Positions 54,630-64,000 of a DNA stretch of 64,000 bases are shown piece after piece. The notes under the pieces were generated by a model. The model was not told where the DNA came from. It searched no databases and saw nothing but the letters and a program-made list of their open reading frames with translations. The stretch's first letter is position 1; every line of letters begins with the position of its first letter. The position numbers were made by a program, and so were the translations under genes. Source of the stretch: Escherichia coli (GTDB lineage Bacteria > Pseudomonadota > Gammaproteobacteria > Enterobacterales > Enterobacteriaceae); NCBI RefSeq assembly GCF_001677475.2, contig NZ_CP015229.1; one strand, written 5' to 3'.

Positions 54630-55514
54630 ATGGAGGGACTGACAGTGGAATTTTCCGTATTAAGTAACAATCTGAAAATGCCGATGATGGGATTTGGTGT
54701 TTTTCAGGTTACCGATAAAAACGTGTGCAAACAGTCAGTGTTGAACGCTATCCGCACGGGTTATCGACTCATCGACACTGCAGCGGTATACGGTAATGAA
54801 GATGCCGTCGGTGAAGCCGTTCGTGAAGCTATATCTGAAGGTTTATGTACCCGAGATGAGTTATTTATAACGTCTAAATTGTGGGTGCAGGATATGTTGA
54901 ATCAGGATACGGCAGCAGCAGGTATTGAAGCATCATTAAAAAAATCGGGACTAGAATACTTCGACCTCTATTTATTGCATCAGGCTATGCGCGATTATTT
55001 CAGTGCGTGGCGTGCACTCGAAGATGCCTATGAAGAGGGCAAATTAAAAGCAATTGGGGTTTCCAATTTCTACCCTCATGTTCTGGCGAACTTTTGTGAA
55101 ACGGTAAGAGTTAAACCGATGGTCAACCAGGTCGAGTTGCATCCCTATTTTGCCCAACCAGAGGCGCTGGCAACCATGAAGTATTATAACGTGCAGCCTG
55201 AAGCATGGGCTCCGTTAGGTGGGGGACGACATAAACCCTTTGAAAATAATCTGCTTCAGAGTATTGCAGATGCCCATCAAAAATCGATTTCTCAAGTCAT
55301 TCTGCGTTGGAATATTCAACGGGGAGTGGTCGTTATTCCGAAATCGATACATCAACAGCGTATCGAAGAAAATTTTGCTATCTGGGATTTCTCACTGACA
55401 GAGAAAGAAATGGCACAAATTAGTTCGCTTGATTTGGGTTATGTTGGGGAGTCGGTAAAACATTTTAATCCTGAATTTGTTCGTGGTTGTCTTGCTGTAA
55501 AAATACATGATTGA
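54630..55514 (+). CDS. Aldo-keto reductase, paralogue of the gene at 47750-48601
   Basis: 294 aa, MPMMGFGVFQVTD...[14 protein letters not shown]; exact start uncertain. Confidence 0.8.
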   Translation: MEGLTVEFSVLSNNLKMPMMGFGVFQVTDKNVCKQSVLNAIRTGYRLIDTAAVYGNEDAVGEAVREAISEGLCTRDELFITSKLWVQDMLNQDTAAAGIEASLKKSGLEYFDLYLLHQAMRDYFSAWRALEDAYEEGKLKAIGVSNFYPHVLANFCETVRVKPMVNQVELHPYFAQPEALATMKYYNVQPEAWAPLGGGRHKPFENNLLQSIADAHQKSISQVILRWNIQRGVVVIPKSIHQQRIEENFAIWDFSLTEKEMAQISSLDLGYVGESVKHFNPEFVRGCLAVKIHD

Positions 55515-55673
55515 TATTAATCATGTATTTTACCTGAGACAACAAGAATCTTTTAACAGGGGAGTGATATTGATCTTCACTCTGTCATATCTCCGGTAAT
55601 ATGGCGTCAGGCTTCATCATCAGAAAGGGGGCCTGACGCCTGAAAAAGTGAACAACAGACAGTGTTCTGATTA

Positions 55674-56267
55674 TCAATCTTCAGTTTTTAACGTTGAACT
55701 GGATTCATTACTGTGTTGTTTAAGAATGTCCCGCGCCGAATCTGCCATTATCATGACAGCACCTGCCAGCATCAGAGTATCTTTCAATACCAGACGACCA
55801 GCACCAGATAAATAAGGGAAACCATGATGAGCGTCACCCAATGCGGGTACCCATGCCTCCGGGGTGGTGATTAAAAATGAGAGTGTTACCAGCGGCGTGG
55901 TAAATGCCATCAGCCCTCCCAATAAACCTAACCAGCGATTGACAGGATTAGCCAAAACCAGCAGAGCAATAATCACCTCCACGATGCCAAGACCGTTGGA
56001 AAAACCATAGGTATTATTAGCCGTTTGCCATGCCCTTGCTTCTGGTTTGTATTCGCCTTCGTGAGTCAGATACTGTTTATAGTCTTCTGGGTGTTCATAA
56101 AAGAACGACATTAGTGGACTGTTTGCGACGAATGGTGTAATGCTGTCTGCCTCGTAAGGGACAAACTTTAATAACCCAATCCACATAAAAACAATCGCAA
56201 TACTCAGACGAATCAATGTCAGGCCAATTTTATCTCCCCGACTTAACAGGTGCAGGTATCTTTCCAT
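55674..56267 (-). CDS. rclC: Reactive-chlorine resistance membrane protein RclC (DoxX-like)
   Basis: About 197 aa, multi-pass membrane protein; downstream of rclB. Confidence 0.85.
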   Translation of the reverse strand: MERYLHLLSRGDKIGLTLIRLSIAIVFMWIGLLKFVPYEADSITPFVANSPLMSFFYEHPEDYKQYLTHEGEYKPEARAWQTANNTYGFSNGLGIVEVIIALLVLANPVNRWLGLLGGLMAFTTPLVTLSFLITTPEAWVPALGDAHHGFPYLSGAGRLVLKDTLMLAGAVMIMADSARDILKQHSNESSSTLKTED

Positions 56268-56278
56268 TGTAAACATCC

Positions 56279-56515
56279 TTATTTATACAATACTGCTGTT
56301 GCGGTTGAATTATTATCAATTCGCATCGATGTGACTTTCCAGGATGAAGCATTATATTTTTTGGCCATATCAGCAATGGCATCCTCCAGAACTGTCGGTG
56401 ATGCTGATACTGACGAGACGCTGATATGTTTCAGAATTATTTTATCATCTGCATTGGTGGAAAATGCCATAACGCCAGATAATAGTGTTGCAAATAAAAC
56501 AGATTTTTTAAACAT
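56279..56515 (-). CDS. rclB: Reactive-chlorine resistance periplasmic protein RclB (DUF1471)
   Basis: 78 aa from MFKKSVLFATLLSGVMAFSTNA (signal peptide); the ORF extension to 56563 runs into the IS end. Confidence 0.8.
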   Translation of the reverse strand: MFKKSVLFATLLSGVMAFSTNADDKIILKHISVSSVSASPTVLEDAIADMAKKYNASSWKVTSMRIDNNSTATAVLYK

Positions 56516-56563
56516 ATAAAATACCATCAATGAAGTGATTAAGAAGTTAGGTAGTGCATCCAA

Positions 56564-56959
56564 TTAGTAGAACATGTGTTTTTCGATAAACGCTCCGATC
56601 ACTTTTTCGTGGATCTCAACTGAGCGTGAGAAGCAGATTGTTTTACGAGCCAACCGCTTAATGCGGGTGCGTAGCGTCAGATTATTACGCTCAATGCGTT
56701 GGGTGAATATTTTGCCGGTCAGATGCTTATTCTTCGGCACCTCCCGGCCATAGCTGCCCCAGTCATCGCTGGTCAGCATGCCGATGTTGAAGGGTGTAAG
56801 CAGTGCCAGTAGCTCCCGGCACGTTTGATCGGTTCGGGGACCAAAAGTGTAGGCCAGTACACCGCCTGTTTTGGTGTTGTACGCGTACCAGAGCCAGTGT
56901 TGCCGGGCTTTACTGCCAACGTAGCTCCATTGCTCATCAAGCTCGCAGATAAGCGCCAC
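56564..56959 (-). CDS. insB: IS1 transposase InsB' (ATG-bounded part; the InsAB' fusion frame extends upstream by frameshift)
   Basis: 131 aa with IS1 InsB similarity (DEQWSYVGSKARQ...YTQRIERNNLTLRT...). Confidence 0.8.
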   Translation of the reverse strand: MALICELDEQWSYVGSKARQHWLWYAYNTKTGGVLAYTFGPRTDQTCRELLALLTPFNIGMLTSDDWGSYGREVPKNKHLTGKIFTQRIERNNLTLRTRIKRLARKTICFSRSVEIHEKVIGAFIEKHMFY

Positions 56960-56985
56960 ATCAGCATGGGCAACAGGCGAAGACG

Positions 56986-57258
56986 TTATTCGCTTTGGCG
57001 CGAGTTTTTTAAAGTCCGGATGACGGTGTTAATACCAATTTTCAGTGTCCTGGCGGTATCGCGAACCCCGGCACCATTAAAGGCCATTTCAGTTATCAGC
57101 TCTTTCATACCCGGCTTACGTGCTTGATAAGTATAAGTGAGCTGAAACACACGGTGGCAGTCACGGCAGCGAAATCTGTCACGGCCTTTAGGGTTCTGAC
57201 CATGGCGGTAAACCTGAGCTGACTGACAACGGGGACAATGAATATTAACGCTGGCCAT
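56986..57258 (-). CDS. insA: IS1 protein InsA (zinc-finger/HTH transposition regulator)
   Basis: 90 aa MASVNIHCPRCQSAQVYRHG... with CxxC...CxxC and HTH; divergent from K-12 IS1A InsA but clearly the same family. Confidence 0.85.
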   Translation of the reverse strand: MASVNIHCPRCQSAQVYRHGQNPKGRDRFRCRDCHRVFQLTYTYQARKPGMKELITEMAFNGAGVRDTARTLKIGINTVIRTLKNSRQSE

Positions 57259-57397
57259 GAGATAACCTCAAAAGCCCGTATTATACATCAGATTCAACTA
57301 ATTAGAGACATCACCAGAAGTTATAAAGTAACAGGGAATTAATAAGATTCTTTTCTCTGAGACGCCAGAATATTTGTTCTGGCGTCTGATTTTGAGT

Positions 57398-58723
57398 TTA
57401 TTTAACTAATGAAAATAGATCATTGAGTGATTCGCTCATCGACGGATGAGTAAATATCTGATCGCGTAATATGCTATAAGGCAGCCCGGCATCCATCACC
57501 ATTTTCACTATATTGATCATCTCGTGGGAGTCAACACACAGCAGTGATGCTCCTAATATACGTTGGGTTTTATTATCAACAATCGCTTTTAATACCCCAC
57601 GGGTATCGTTCATCACTCTTGCGCGCGGAATTGCAGCTACAGGCAATGTCACCACCTGAATATCAGCACCACTCTCTCTGGCCTGTTCTTCTGTCATACC
57701 AACCCTGGACAGTGGCGGTGTCATGAATACGGAATAAGGCACATTTTTCCGATCATCAGTACTACGTCTGCCTTCTCCCAGCAACTCATCACGCACAATG
57801 CGGTAATCATCCAGTGAAATATAAGTAAATTGCAGCCCGCCGGTAACATCTCCCATCGCCCAAATATTGTCTGCGGTGGTATGTAATTGCTTGTCAACGA
57901 CAATTGCCCCACGTTCGTTTACTGCGATACCTGCATTTTCTGGATGTAACGAAGCGGTAGCCGGTTGACGACCGGAAGCTATTAACAGTGCATCCACCGC
58001 CAGTTGGGCGTGCTCGCTATGCACTTGCACTTGATTTTCATGGTGACTGATTCGCTCCACATGGGCATTGAGGATAATATCGACGCCCTGATCGCGTAAA
58101 ATCGTCGCGATATTATCAGCAATATCCCGATCTTCCCGAGGCAAAAACAGCGAAGCTGCTTCTAAAATGGTTACCTTGCTGCCAAAATTAGCGAACATAG
58201 AGGCGAACTCAACGCCAATATATCCGCCGCCCAAAATACCTAAATGCCCAGGCAATTCTTTTAGATTAAGTAATCCGGTGCTGTCATATACACCAGGCGT
58301 GGTGGTAATTCCAGGAATTGGCGGAACCACGGTTTGTGCACCGGTATTAATAAAAATTTTCTCGCCATGAATCTCCAGATTTCCCTCAGGCCGATGAACA
58401 CGCAGGCTATTATTATTGATAAACTCCGCCTGGCCGTCGATCACGTCGATATTGGGCATATCCGCAAGATTATGAAAATTCTTATTACGTAAAAAATTAA
58501 CCACTTCATTTTTACGCTGTATGGCACGGACAAAATCTGTGTGCTGCTGTGCGTCATGAACCAATGTTTTGGTTGGGATGCAGCCGATATTAATACAGGT
58601 CCCGCCATACATTGCATTTGATTGTTCGATGAGAGCCACTCGCCAACCTGCTTTTGCCAGCGTGACGGCTAATGTTTTTCCCGCCTTGCCAAAACCAATA
58701 ATAACTGCCTGATATTTATTCAT
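57398..58723 (-). CDS. rclA: Reactive-chlorine resistance flavoprotein disulfide reductase RclA
   Basis: 441 aa from MNKYQAVIIGFGKAGKTLA; FAD-binding GxGxxG and redox-active CxxxxC (GGTCINIGCIPTK). Confidence 0.9.
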   Translation of the reverse strand: MNKYQAVIIGFGKAGKTLAVTLAKAGWRVALIEQSNAMYGGTCINIGCIPTKTLVHDAQQHTDFVRAIQRKNEVVNFLRNKNFHNLADMPNIDVIDGQAEFINNNSLRVHRPEGNLEIHGEKIFINTGAQTVVPPIPGITTTPGVYDSTGLLNLKELPGHLGILGGGYIGVEFASMFANFGSKVTILEAASLFLPREDRDIADNIATILRDQGVDIILNAHVERISHHENQVQVHSEHAQLAVDALLIASGRQPATASLHPENAGIAVNERGAIVVDKQLHTTADNIWAMGDVTGGLQFTYISLDDYRIVRDELLGEGRRSTDDRKNVPYSVFMTPPLSRVGMTEEQARESGADIQVVTLPVAAIPRARVMNDTRGVLKAIVDNKTQRILGASLLCVDSHEMINIVKMVMDAGLPYSILRDQIFTHPSMSESLNDLFSLVK

Positions 58724-58948
58724 GATGATTTCCTGTCGAAACGCGTTCATTTGACATCATGACTATAGACGCAAAAGAGCAAATAACATTTCTTCACAAC
58801 GCTTGATATTTTGTCTTATCGTCTGGTATTTTCTTTTTCTTAATCAGAATCACAAAACAAAAATCATGATTAACTATTTGATGATATTACATTAATTATT
58901 TACTAAGATTGTTGGTGTTTGTAATCAAAAACCACTCAGGAGTCTGAT

Positions 58949-59803
58949 ATGGATGCCCTTAGCCGTTTGTTGATGCTTAACGCTCCACAAGGAACGATCG
59001 ATAAGAATTGCGTGTTAGGAAGTGACTGGCAGCTTCCACATGGTGCCGGGGAATTATCGGTTATTCGTTGGCATGCGTTAACGCAAGGAGCGGCGAAGCT
59101 GGAAATGCCGACGGGAGAGATTTTTACATTACGCCCGGGAAATGTGGTCCTGCTACCACAAAATTCAGCTCATCGCCTGAGTCATGTCGATAATGAATCG
59201 ACCTGTATTGTCTGTGGCACTCTTCGGCTGCAACATTCGGCGCGTTATTTTTTAACGTCTTTGCCGGAAACGCTGTTTTTAGCACCAGTTAACCACAGCG
59301 TGGAATATAACTGGCTGAGGGAGGCGATCCCGTTTTTACAACAGGAATCCAGATCGGCGATGCCGGGAGTGGATGCACTGTGTAGCCAGATCTGCGCTAC
59401 ATTCTTTACCCTCGCGGTGCGTGAGTGGATTGCACAGGTTAATACTGAGAAAAACATTCTCAGTTTGCTTCTGCATCCACGTCTTGGTGCGGTAATACAG
59501 CAAATGCTGGAAATGCCAGGACACGCCTGGACCGTCGAATCGCTGGCCAGCATCGCCCACATGTCCCGGGCAAGTTTTGCCCAGCTTTTCCGTGATGTTT
59601 CCGGAACCACGCCGCTGGCTGTATTAACAAAGTTGCGTCTACAAATAGCGGCCCAGATGTTTTCCCGGGAAACGCTCCCTGTTGTGGTGATCGCTGAGTC
59701 AGTAGGCTATGCCAGTGAATCATCTTTTCACAAGGCGTTTGTCCGCGAGTTTGGTTGTACCCCGGGCGAATATCGGGAAAGGGTCAGACAGCTTGCACCC
59801 TGA
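58949..59803 (+). CDS. rclR: Reactive-chlorine-sensing AraC-family activator RclR
   Basis: 284 aa; C-terminal AraC HTH; divergent from rclA. Confidence 0.88.
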   Translation: MDALSRLLMLNAPQGTIDKNCVLGSDWQLPHGAGELSVIRWHALTQGAAKLEMPTGEIFTLRPGNVVLLPQNSAHRLSHVDNESTCIVCGTLRLQHSARYFLTSLPETLFLAPVNHSVEYNWLREAIPFLQQESRSAMPGVDALCSQICATFFTLAVREWIAQVNTEKNILSLLLHPRLGAVIQQMLEMPGHAWTVESLASIAHMSRASFAQLFRDVSGTTPLAVLTKLRLQIAAQMFSRETLPVVVIAESVGYASESSFHKAFVREFGCTPGEYRERVRQLAP

Positions 59804-60321
59804 ATAAAACCGCCAGGAATCGGAGCAAAGATAATCCGCATTCCGGGTGTTGTGAGCCTTTCAGCTATTTATATTTCCAGGTTTTTTATATGTTTTTTTG
59901 AAGTGGTCTGGCTTAGTAATTAAATAAAAGATACAAACTAAATTGCTTCAATTAAATAAAATCCCGACTATTACTTGATACGTGATTATTGTCGGTAATT
60001 TTGTTTGTACACCATCAGTGTATATCTCAATAACCCCTGAATAAGTAGCTCTGAATAGGTATAAGGGATGTAGCCATTTTTAAATGGATTTCTTATGCCA
60101 AAAATGATCGTCGATTTCCCCATAAAATGTGAGCGATGCCGAAAGAAATAAAATTAGTTATTGCATTTGAAGTTTGGATGAAAGATTATCATTTGTCATA
60201 CAAATGAGGGGTGGTATGTTGCTAGCCAATTAAAAAAGAACGCCATATTTATTGATGATTGCTCCCCCGGAAGGGGGGAACCATCGGGCATAAATGGGCA
60301 TGAAGTAATGGAGTATTAGTT

Positions 60322-61041
60322 GTGAATGTCAATTTCTTTGTCACCTGTATTGGTGACGCCCTGAAATCAAGAATGGCACGAGACTCCGTGCTGCTACTGG
60401 AAAAACTCGGCTGTCGCGTAAATTTCCCGGAGAAACAGGGATGCTGCGGTCAGCCTGCGATCAATAGTGGTTATATCAAAGAAGCGATTCCAGGGATGAA
60501 AAATCTGATCGCCGCACTGGAGGATAACGACGATCCCATTATTTCACCGGCTGGCTCTTGCACCTATGCCGTAAAAAGTTACCCGACGTATCTGGCGGAT
60601 GAACCTGAATGGGCATCACGAGCCGAAAAGGTTGCCGCGCGTATGCAGGATCTCACCTCTTTTATTGTTAATAAATTAGGGGTAGTCGATGTAGGTGCCA
60701 GTTTGCAAGGGAGAGCGGTGTATCACCCATCTTGTAGCCTGGCCCGTAAGCTGGGGGTGAAGGACGAGCCACTTACGCTGCTAAAAAATGTGCGTGGACT
60801 GGAGCTGTTGACCTTTGCTGAACAGGATACCTGCTGCGGATTTGGCGGCACGTTCTCGGTCAAAATGGCCGAAATATCCGGCGAGATGGTGAAAGAAAAG
60901 GTTGCGCACCTGATGGAAGTCCGCCCTGAGTATTTAATTGGTGCTGACGTGAGTTGCCTGCTGAACATCAGTGGGCGATTACAACGGGAAGGGCAGAAAG
61001 TCAAAGTGATGCATATTTCTGAAGTGTTGATGAGCCGCTGA
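60322..61041 (+). CDS. ykgE: Cys-rich Fe-S oxidoreductase subunit YkgE (LutA-like)
   Basis: 239 aa, GTG start; MNVNFFVTCIGDALKSRMARD as recalled for YkgE. Confidence 0.9.
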   Translation: MNVNFFVTCIGDALKSRMARDSVLLLEKLGCRVNFPEKQGCCGQPAINSGYIKEAIPGMKNLIAALEDNDDPIISPAGSCTYAVKSYPTYLADEPEWASRAEKVAARMQDLTSFIVNKLGVVDVGASLQGRAVYHPSCSLARKLGVKDEPLTLLKNVRGLELLTFAEQDTCCGFGGTFSVKMAEISGEMVKEKVAHLMEVRPEYLIGADVSCLLNISGRLQREGQKVKVMHISEVLMSR

Positions 61042-61051
61042 GGATATAAAG

Positions 61052-62479
61052 ATGTCGATCAAAACCAGTAATACAGATTTTAAGACACGCATCCGTCAGC
61101 AAATTGAAGATCCGATCATGCGCAAAGCGGTGGCAAACGCGCAGCAGCGTATTGGGGCAAATCGGCAAAAAATGGTCGATGAATTGGGGCACTGGGAGGA
61201 GTGGCGCGATCGGGCCGCCCAGATACGTGATCATGTTCTGAGTAATCTCGACGCTTATCTGTACCAGCTCTCAGAAAAAGTGACGCAAAACGGCGGTCAC
61301 GTCTATTTTGCAAAAACCAAAGAAGACGCTACCCGCTACATTTTACAGGTTGCCCAACGCAAAAATGCCCGGAAGGTGGTGAAATCTAAATCGATGGTAA
61401 CCGAAGAGATTGGTGTCAATCATGTGTTGCAGGATGCTGGCATTCAGGTGATTGAAACCGATCTGGGTGAATATATTCTCCAGCTGGATCAAGATCCGCC
61501 CTCTCATGTTGTGGTCCCGGCAATTCATAAAGATCGCCATCAGATCCGTCGAGTGCTAAACGAACGTCTGGGCTATGAGGGGCCGGAAACGCCTGAAGCG
61601 ATGACCTTATTCATCCGGCAAAAAATCCGCGAAGATTTCCTCAGTGCTGAAATAGGTATTACCGGCTGTAATTTCGCGGTGGCAGAGACAGGTTCGGTAT
61701 GCCTGGTGACCAATGAAGGTAATGCGCGAATGTGTACCACGCTGCCTAAAACGCATATTGCAGTGATGGGAATGGAGCGTATTGCCCCCACGTTTGCCGA
61801 GGTAGATGTATTGATCGCCATGCTGGCGCGCAGTGCCGTTGGTGCACGTTTGACGGGATACAACACCTGGCTGACAGGACCGCGCGAAGCGGGGCACGTT
61901 GATGGTCCTGAAGAGTTTCATCTGGTTATTGTCGATAACGGACGTTCTGAGGTGCTGGCCTCTGAATTTCGGGATGTGCTGCGCTGTATTCGCTGCGGGG
62001 CTTGTATGAATACTTGTCCGGCATATCGCCATATTGGCGGTCATGGATATGGCTCTATTTATCCAGGGCCAATTGGTGCGGTGATTTCTCCGCTACTTGG
62101 CGGCTATAAAGATTTTAAAGATTTACCCTATGCCTGCTCTTTATGCACTGCTTGTGACAGCGTGTGTCCGGTGCGTATTCCGCTGTCAAAACTGATTTTG
62201 CGTCATCGTCGGGTGATGGCTGAAAAAGGGATCACCGCAAAAGCAGAGCAACGGGCGATAAAAATGTTCGCTTATGCCAATAGTCATCCAGGATTGTGGA
62301 AAGTCGGGATGATGGCTGGTGCTCATGCGGCAAGCTGGTTTATCAATGGCGGCAAAACACCACTCAAATTTGGCGCGATTAGCGAATGGATGGAAGCACG
62401 CGATCTTCCTGAAGCTGACGGAGAGAGTTTCCGTAGTTGGTTTAAGAAACATCAGGCGCAGGAGAAAAAGAATGGATAA
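61052..62479 (+). CDS. ykgF: Fe-S cluster-binding electron-transport protein YkgF (LutB-like)
   Basis: 475 aa; two 4Fe-4S ferredoxin-type Cys motifs (CIRCGACMNTCP, CSLCTACDSVCP). Confidence 0.9.
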   Translation: MSIKTSNTDFKTRIRQQIEDPIMRKAVANAQQRIGANRQKMVDELGHWEEWRDRAAQIRDHVLSNLDAYLYQLSEKVTQNGGHVYFAKTKEDATRYILQVAQRKNARKVVKSKSMVTEEIGVNHVLQDAGIQVIETDLGEYILQLDQDPPSHVVVPAIHKDRHQIRRVLNERLGYEGPETPEAMTLFIRQKIREDFLSAEIGITGCNFAVAETGSVCLVTNEGNARMCTTLPKTHIAVMGMERIAPTFAEVDVLIAMLARSAVGARLTGYNTWLTGPREAGHVDGPEEFHLVIVDNGRSEVLASEFRDVLRCIRCGACMNTCPAYRHIGGHGYGSIYPGPIGAVISPLLGGYKDFKDLPYACSLCTACDSVCPVRIPLSKLILRHRRVMAEKGITAKAEQRAIKMFAYANSHPGLWKVGMMAGAHAASWFINGGKTPLKFGAISEWMEARDLPEADGESFRSWFKKHQAQEKKNG

Positions 62480-63167
62480 TCGGAGCGAATTTTTGAATAA
62501 CGTTGCTCAGGCACTGGGTCGCCCGCTGCGACTTGAACCGCAAGCAGAAGATGCGCCGCTTAACAACTATGCTAACGAGCGGCTTACCCAACTTAACCAA
62601 CAGCAGCGCTGTGACGCGTTTATTCAGTTTACCAGCGATGTTATGTTGACGCGCTGTGAGCTGACCAGCGAGGCGAAGGCGGCAGAAGCTGCAATACGTC
62701 TGTGTAAAGAGCTGGGAGATCAGTCGGTCGTGATTAGCGGTGACACGAGGCTGGAGGAATTGGGGATTAGCGAACGTTTGCAGCAGGAATGCAATGCCGT
62801 TGTTTGGGATCCGGCGAAAGGTGCCGAGAATATCTCGCAGGCAGAGCAGGCTAAAGTGGGTGTCGTGTATGCTGAATATGGTTTAACCGAATCGGGAGGC
62901 GTGGTTCTTTTTTCCGCCGCCGAGCGCGGGCGTTCATTGAGCCTGCTCCCGGAATCTTCTCTTTTTATCCTGCGTAAAAGCACAATCCTGCCGCGTGTAG
63001 CGCAACTCGCAGAAAAATTGCATCAGAAAGCGCAGGCCGGTGAACGAATGCCGTCCTGCATTAACATCATTAGCGGCCCTAGTTCAACGGCGGATATTGA
63101 GCTTATCAAAGTCGTCGGGGTTCATGGCCCGGTGAAAGCGGTGTATCTGATTATTGAGGATTGCTGA
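62472..63167 (+). CDS. ykgG: LutC-like protein YkgG
   Basis: About 231 aa from MDNRSEFLNNVAQALG; start overlaps the ykgF stop. Confidence 0.85.
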   Translation: MDNRSEFLNNVAQALGRPLRLEPQAEDAPLNNYANERLTQLNQQQRCDAFIQFTSDVMLTRCELTSEAKAAEAAIRLCKELGDQSVVISGDTRLEELGISERLQQECNAVVWDPAKGAENISQAEQAKVGVVYAEYGLTESGGVVLFSAAERGRSLSLLPESSLFILRKSTILPRVAQLAEKLHQKAQAGERMPSCINIISGPSSTADIELIKVVGVHGPVKAVYLIIEDC

Positions 63168-63409
63168 GTGAGATATGAAGTCTGGACATAAACCTGAAGG
63201 CGGCATACGAGGTTGTGAATAGCGTTAAGGACAACCTGACTTAACCCCGTTCTGTCATGGTTATGCTCCTCTTCTTTAAATATCCTGGCATTAGTAATGC
63301 CAGGATATTTACAGTGAAAAAGACAGGCATCCATTCCTGAAAACGGGTTCCCTTCCCGGTCATTGTCACTTCAGTTTTATACAGGCACTCTCTATCAGAA
63401 TGCTGTTTA

Positions 63410-63847
63410 TTACTGCCCAGAGTTTTGTTGGTATTCATCTACCATTTTTTTGACAAGGCAAAACATTACAGAAATCACAATGCTTAGAAAAAATCCCAGA
63501 GCCAGGCAAATGGCAGCAGGGTATTTATTTTTTATTTCTGGTGAGCTTATAGTGACACAGCCATCACCGTTCGGATACAATGACCAGTTCCTGGTCAGGT
63601 ATATCATTTTTGTATAAAGCTCACTGTTAATTGCTGAAGGCGTTTGTATCTCATCGAGAACTTGCCTGCCATTATGGTATTCTGACGCATACCATTTGAT
63701 AATAGACGCATGCACGCGAGATATTTCCGCTTCAGCAGTTGGTAAATCGCTCTTATCTCCTGACCATTCCAGCTTTATTTCTCTGTTCTTGACATCTGGG
63801 CTGGTCTGAAAAAATGTAGTAATTCGCTGAATGACATCTTCAGTCAT
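63410..63847 (-). CDS. Hypothetical protein with C-terminal transmembrane anchor
   Basis: 145-aa ORF with C-terminal hydrophobic helix (AAICLALGFFLSIVISVMFCLV); in-frame stop upstream at 63929-63931; AT-rich; no recognised domain. Confidence 0.4.
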   Translation of the reverse strand: MTEDVIQRITTFFQTSPDVKNREIKLEWSGDKSDLPTAEAEISRVHASIIKWYASEYHNGRQVLDEIQTPSAINSELYTKMIYLTRNWSLYPNGDGCVTISSPEIKNKYPAAICLALGFFLSIVISVMFCLVKKMVDEYQQNSGQ

Positions 63848-64000
63848 TGTGGTCTGACAGGCAAAGTTATTATTGCTATCACAGTTAACAAGTATGCCTG
63901 GTGTTGTCTGATTTATTTTAGCTGTAACTCACTTTTATATTATCTTTATTGATATACAGAAACAACAGCACCATTGCCATACAGATAGCTATAATAAAAA

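Larger units (their letters stand above)
56550..57315 (-). mobile_element. IS1-family insertion sequence (divergent IS1 variant), about 766 bp, with 8-bp target-site duplication
   Basis: Terminal inverted repeats GGTAGTGCATCCAATTAGTAG (56550 onward) and GGTGATGTCTCTAATTAGTTG (reverse complement at 57315); insA and insB' ORFs inside; AGAAGTTA directly flanks both ends (56542-56549 and 57316-57323). Confidence 0.88.

Noticed and set aside
63241-63617. Small ORFs on both strands in the AT-rich region after ykgG
   Set aside because: Short, overlapping, AT-rich and without ribosome-binding sites or recognisable domains; only the 145-aa minus-strand ORF with a C-terminal membrane anchor was kept, at low confidence.

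Overview
This window reads as an Escherichia coli-type chromosomal segment syntenic with the K-12 dinB–proBA–thrW–pao–ecp–ykgMO–rcl–ykgEFG region, but with strain-specific content. All calls rest on reading the six-frame translations and the DNA by eye and on recalled family signatures; no database search was run. Order along the window: the distal end of a Flag-2 lateral-flagellar cluster (lafD'-lafE-lafF-lafS-lafT-lafU, apparently intact); dinB-yafN-yafO-yafP with a LexA box; an ERIC element; an intact rtcB-like ligase gene overlapping prfH; pepD, gpt, frsA, crl, phoE (Pho box), proB, proA; tRNA-Thr(CGU) thrW. Immediately after thrW lies a roughly 9-10 kb horizontally acquired island: a decayed integrase/Ner-like remnant, a GC-rich 156-aa unknown gene, a 1069-aa reverse transcriptase–nitrilase fusion (the strongest candidate for a defence system here, DRT1/UG1-like), an AbiEi/AbiEii pair, and a LysR/SDR pair. 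Downstream are a LysR–hydrolase–MFS block, paoABCD (on the minus strand), yagU, ykgJ, the ecp pilus operon, ykgL, Zur-regulated ykgM-ykgO, an old-yellow-enzyme-like remnant, a full-length fdeC/eaeH adhesin, ykgA, rclCBA with an IS1-family insertion between rclA and rclB, rclR and ykgEFG. Two unexplained repeat structures are reported: direct repeats in the GC-rich intergenic region 3' of the RT gene, and a ~260-bp module present once intact and once split around ykgMO.
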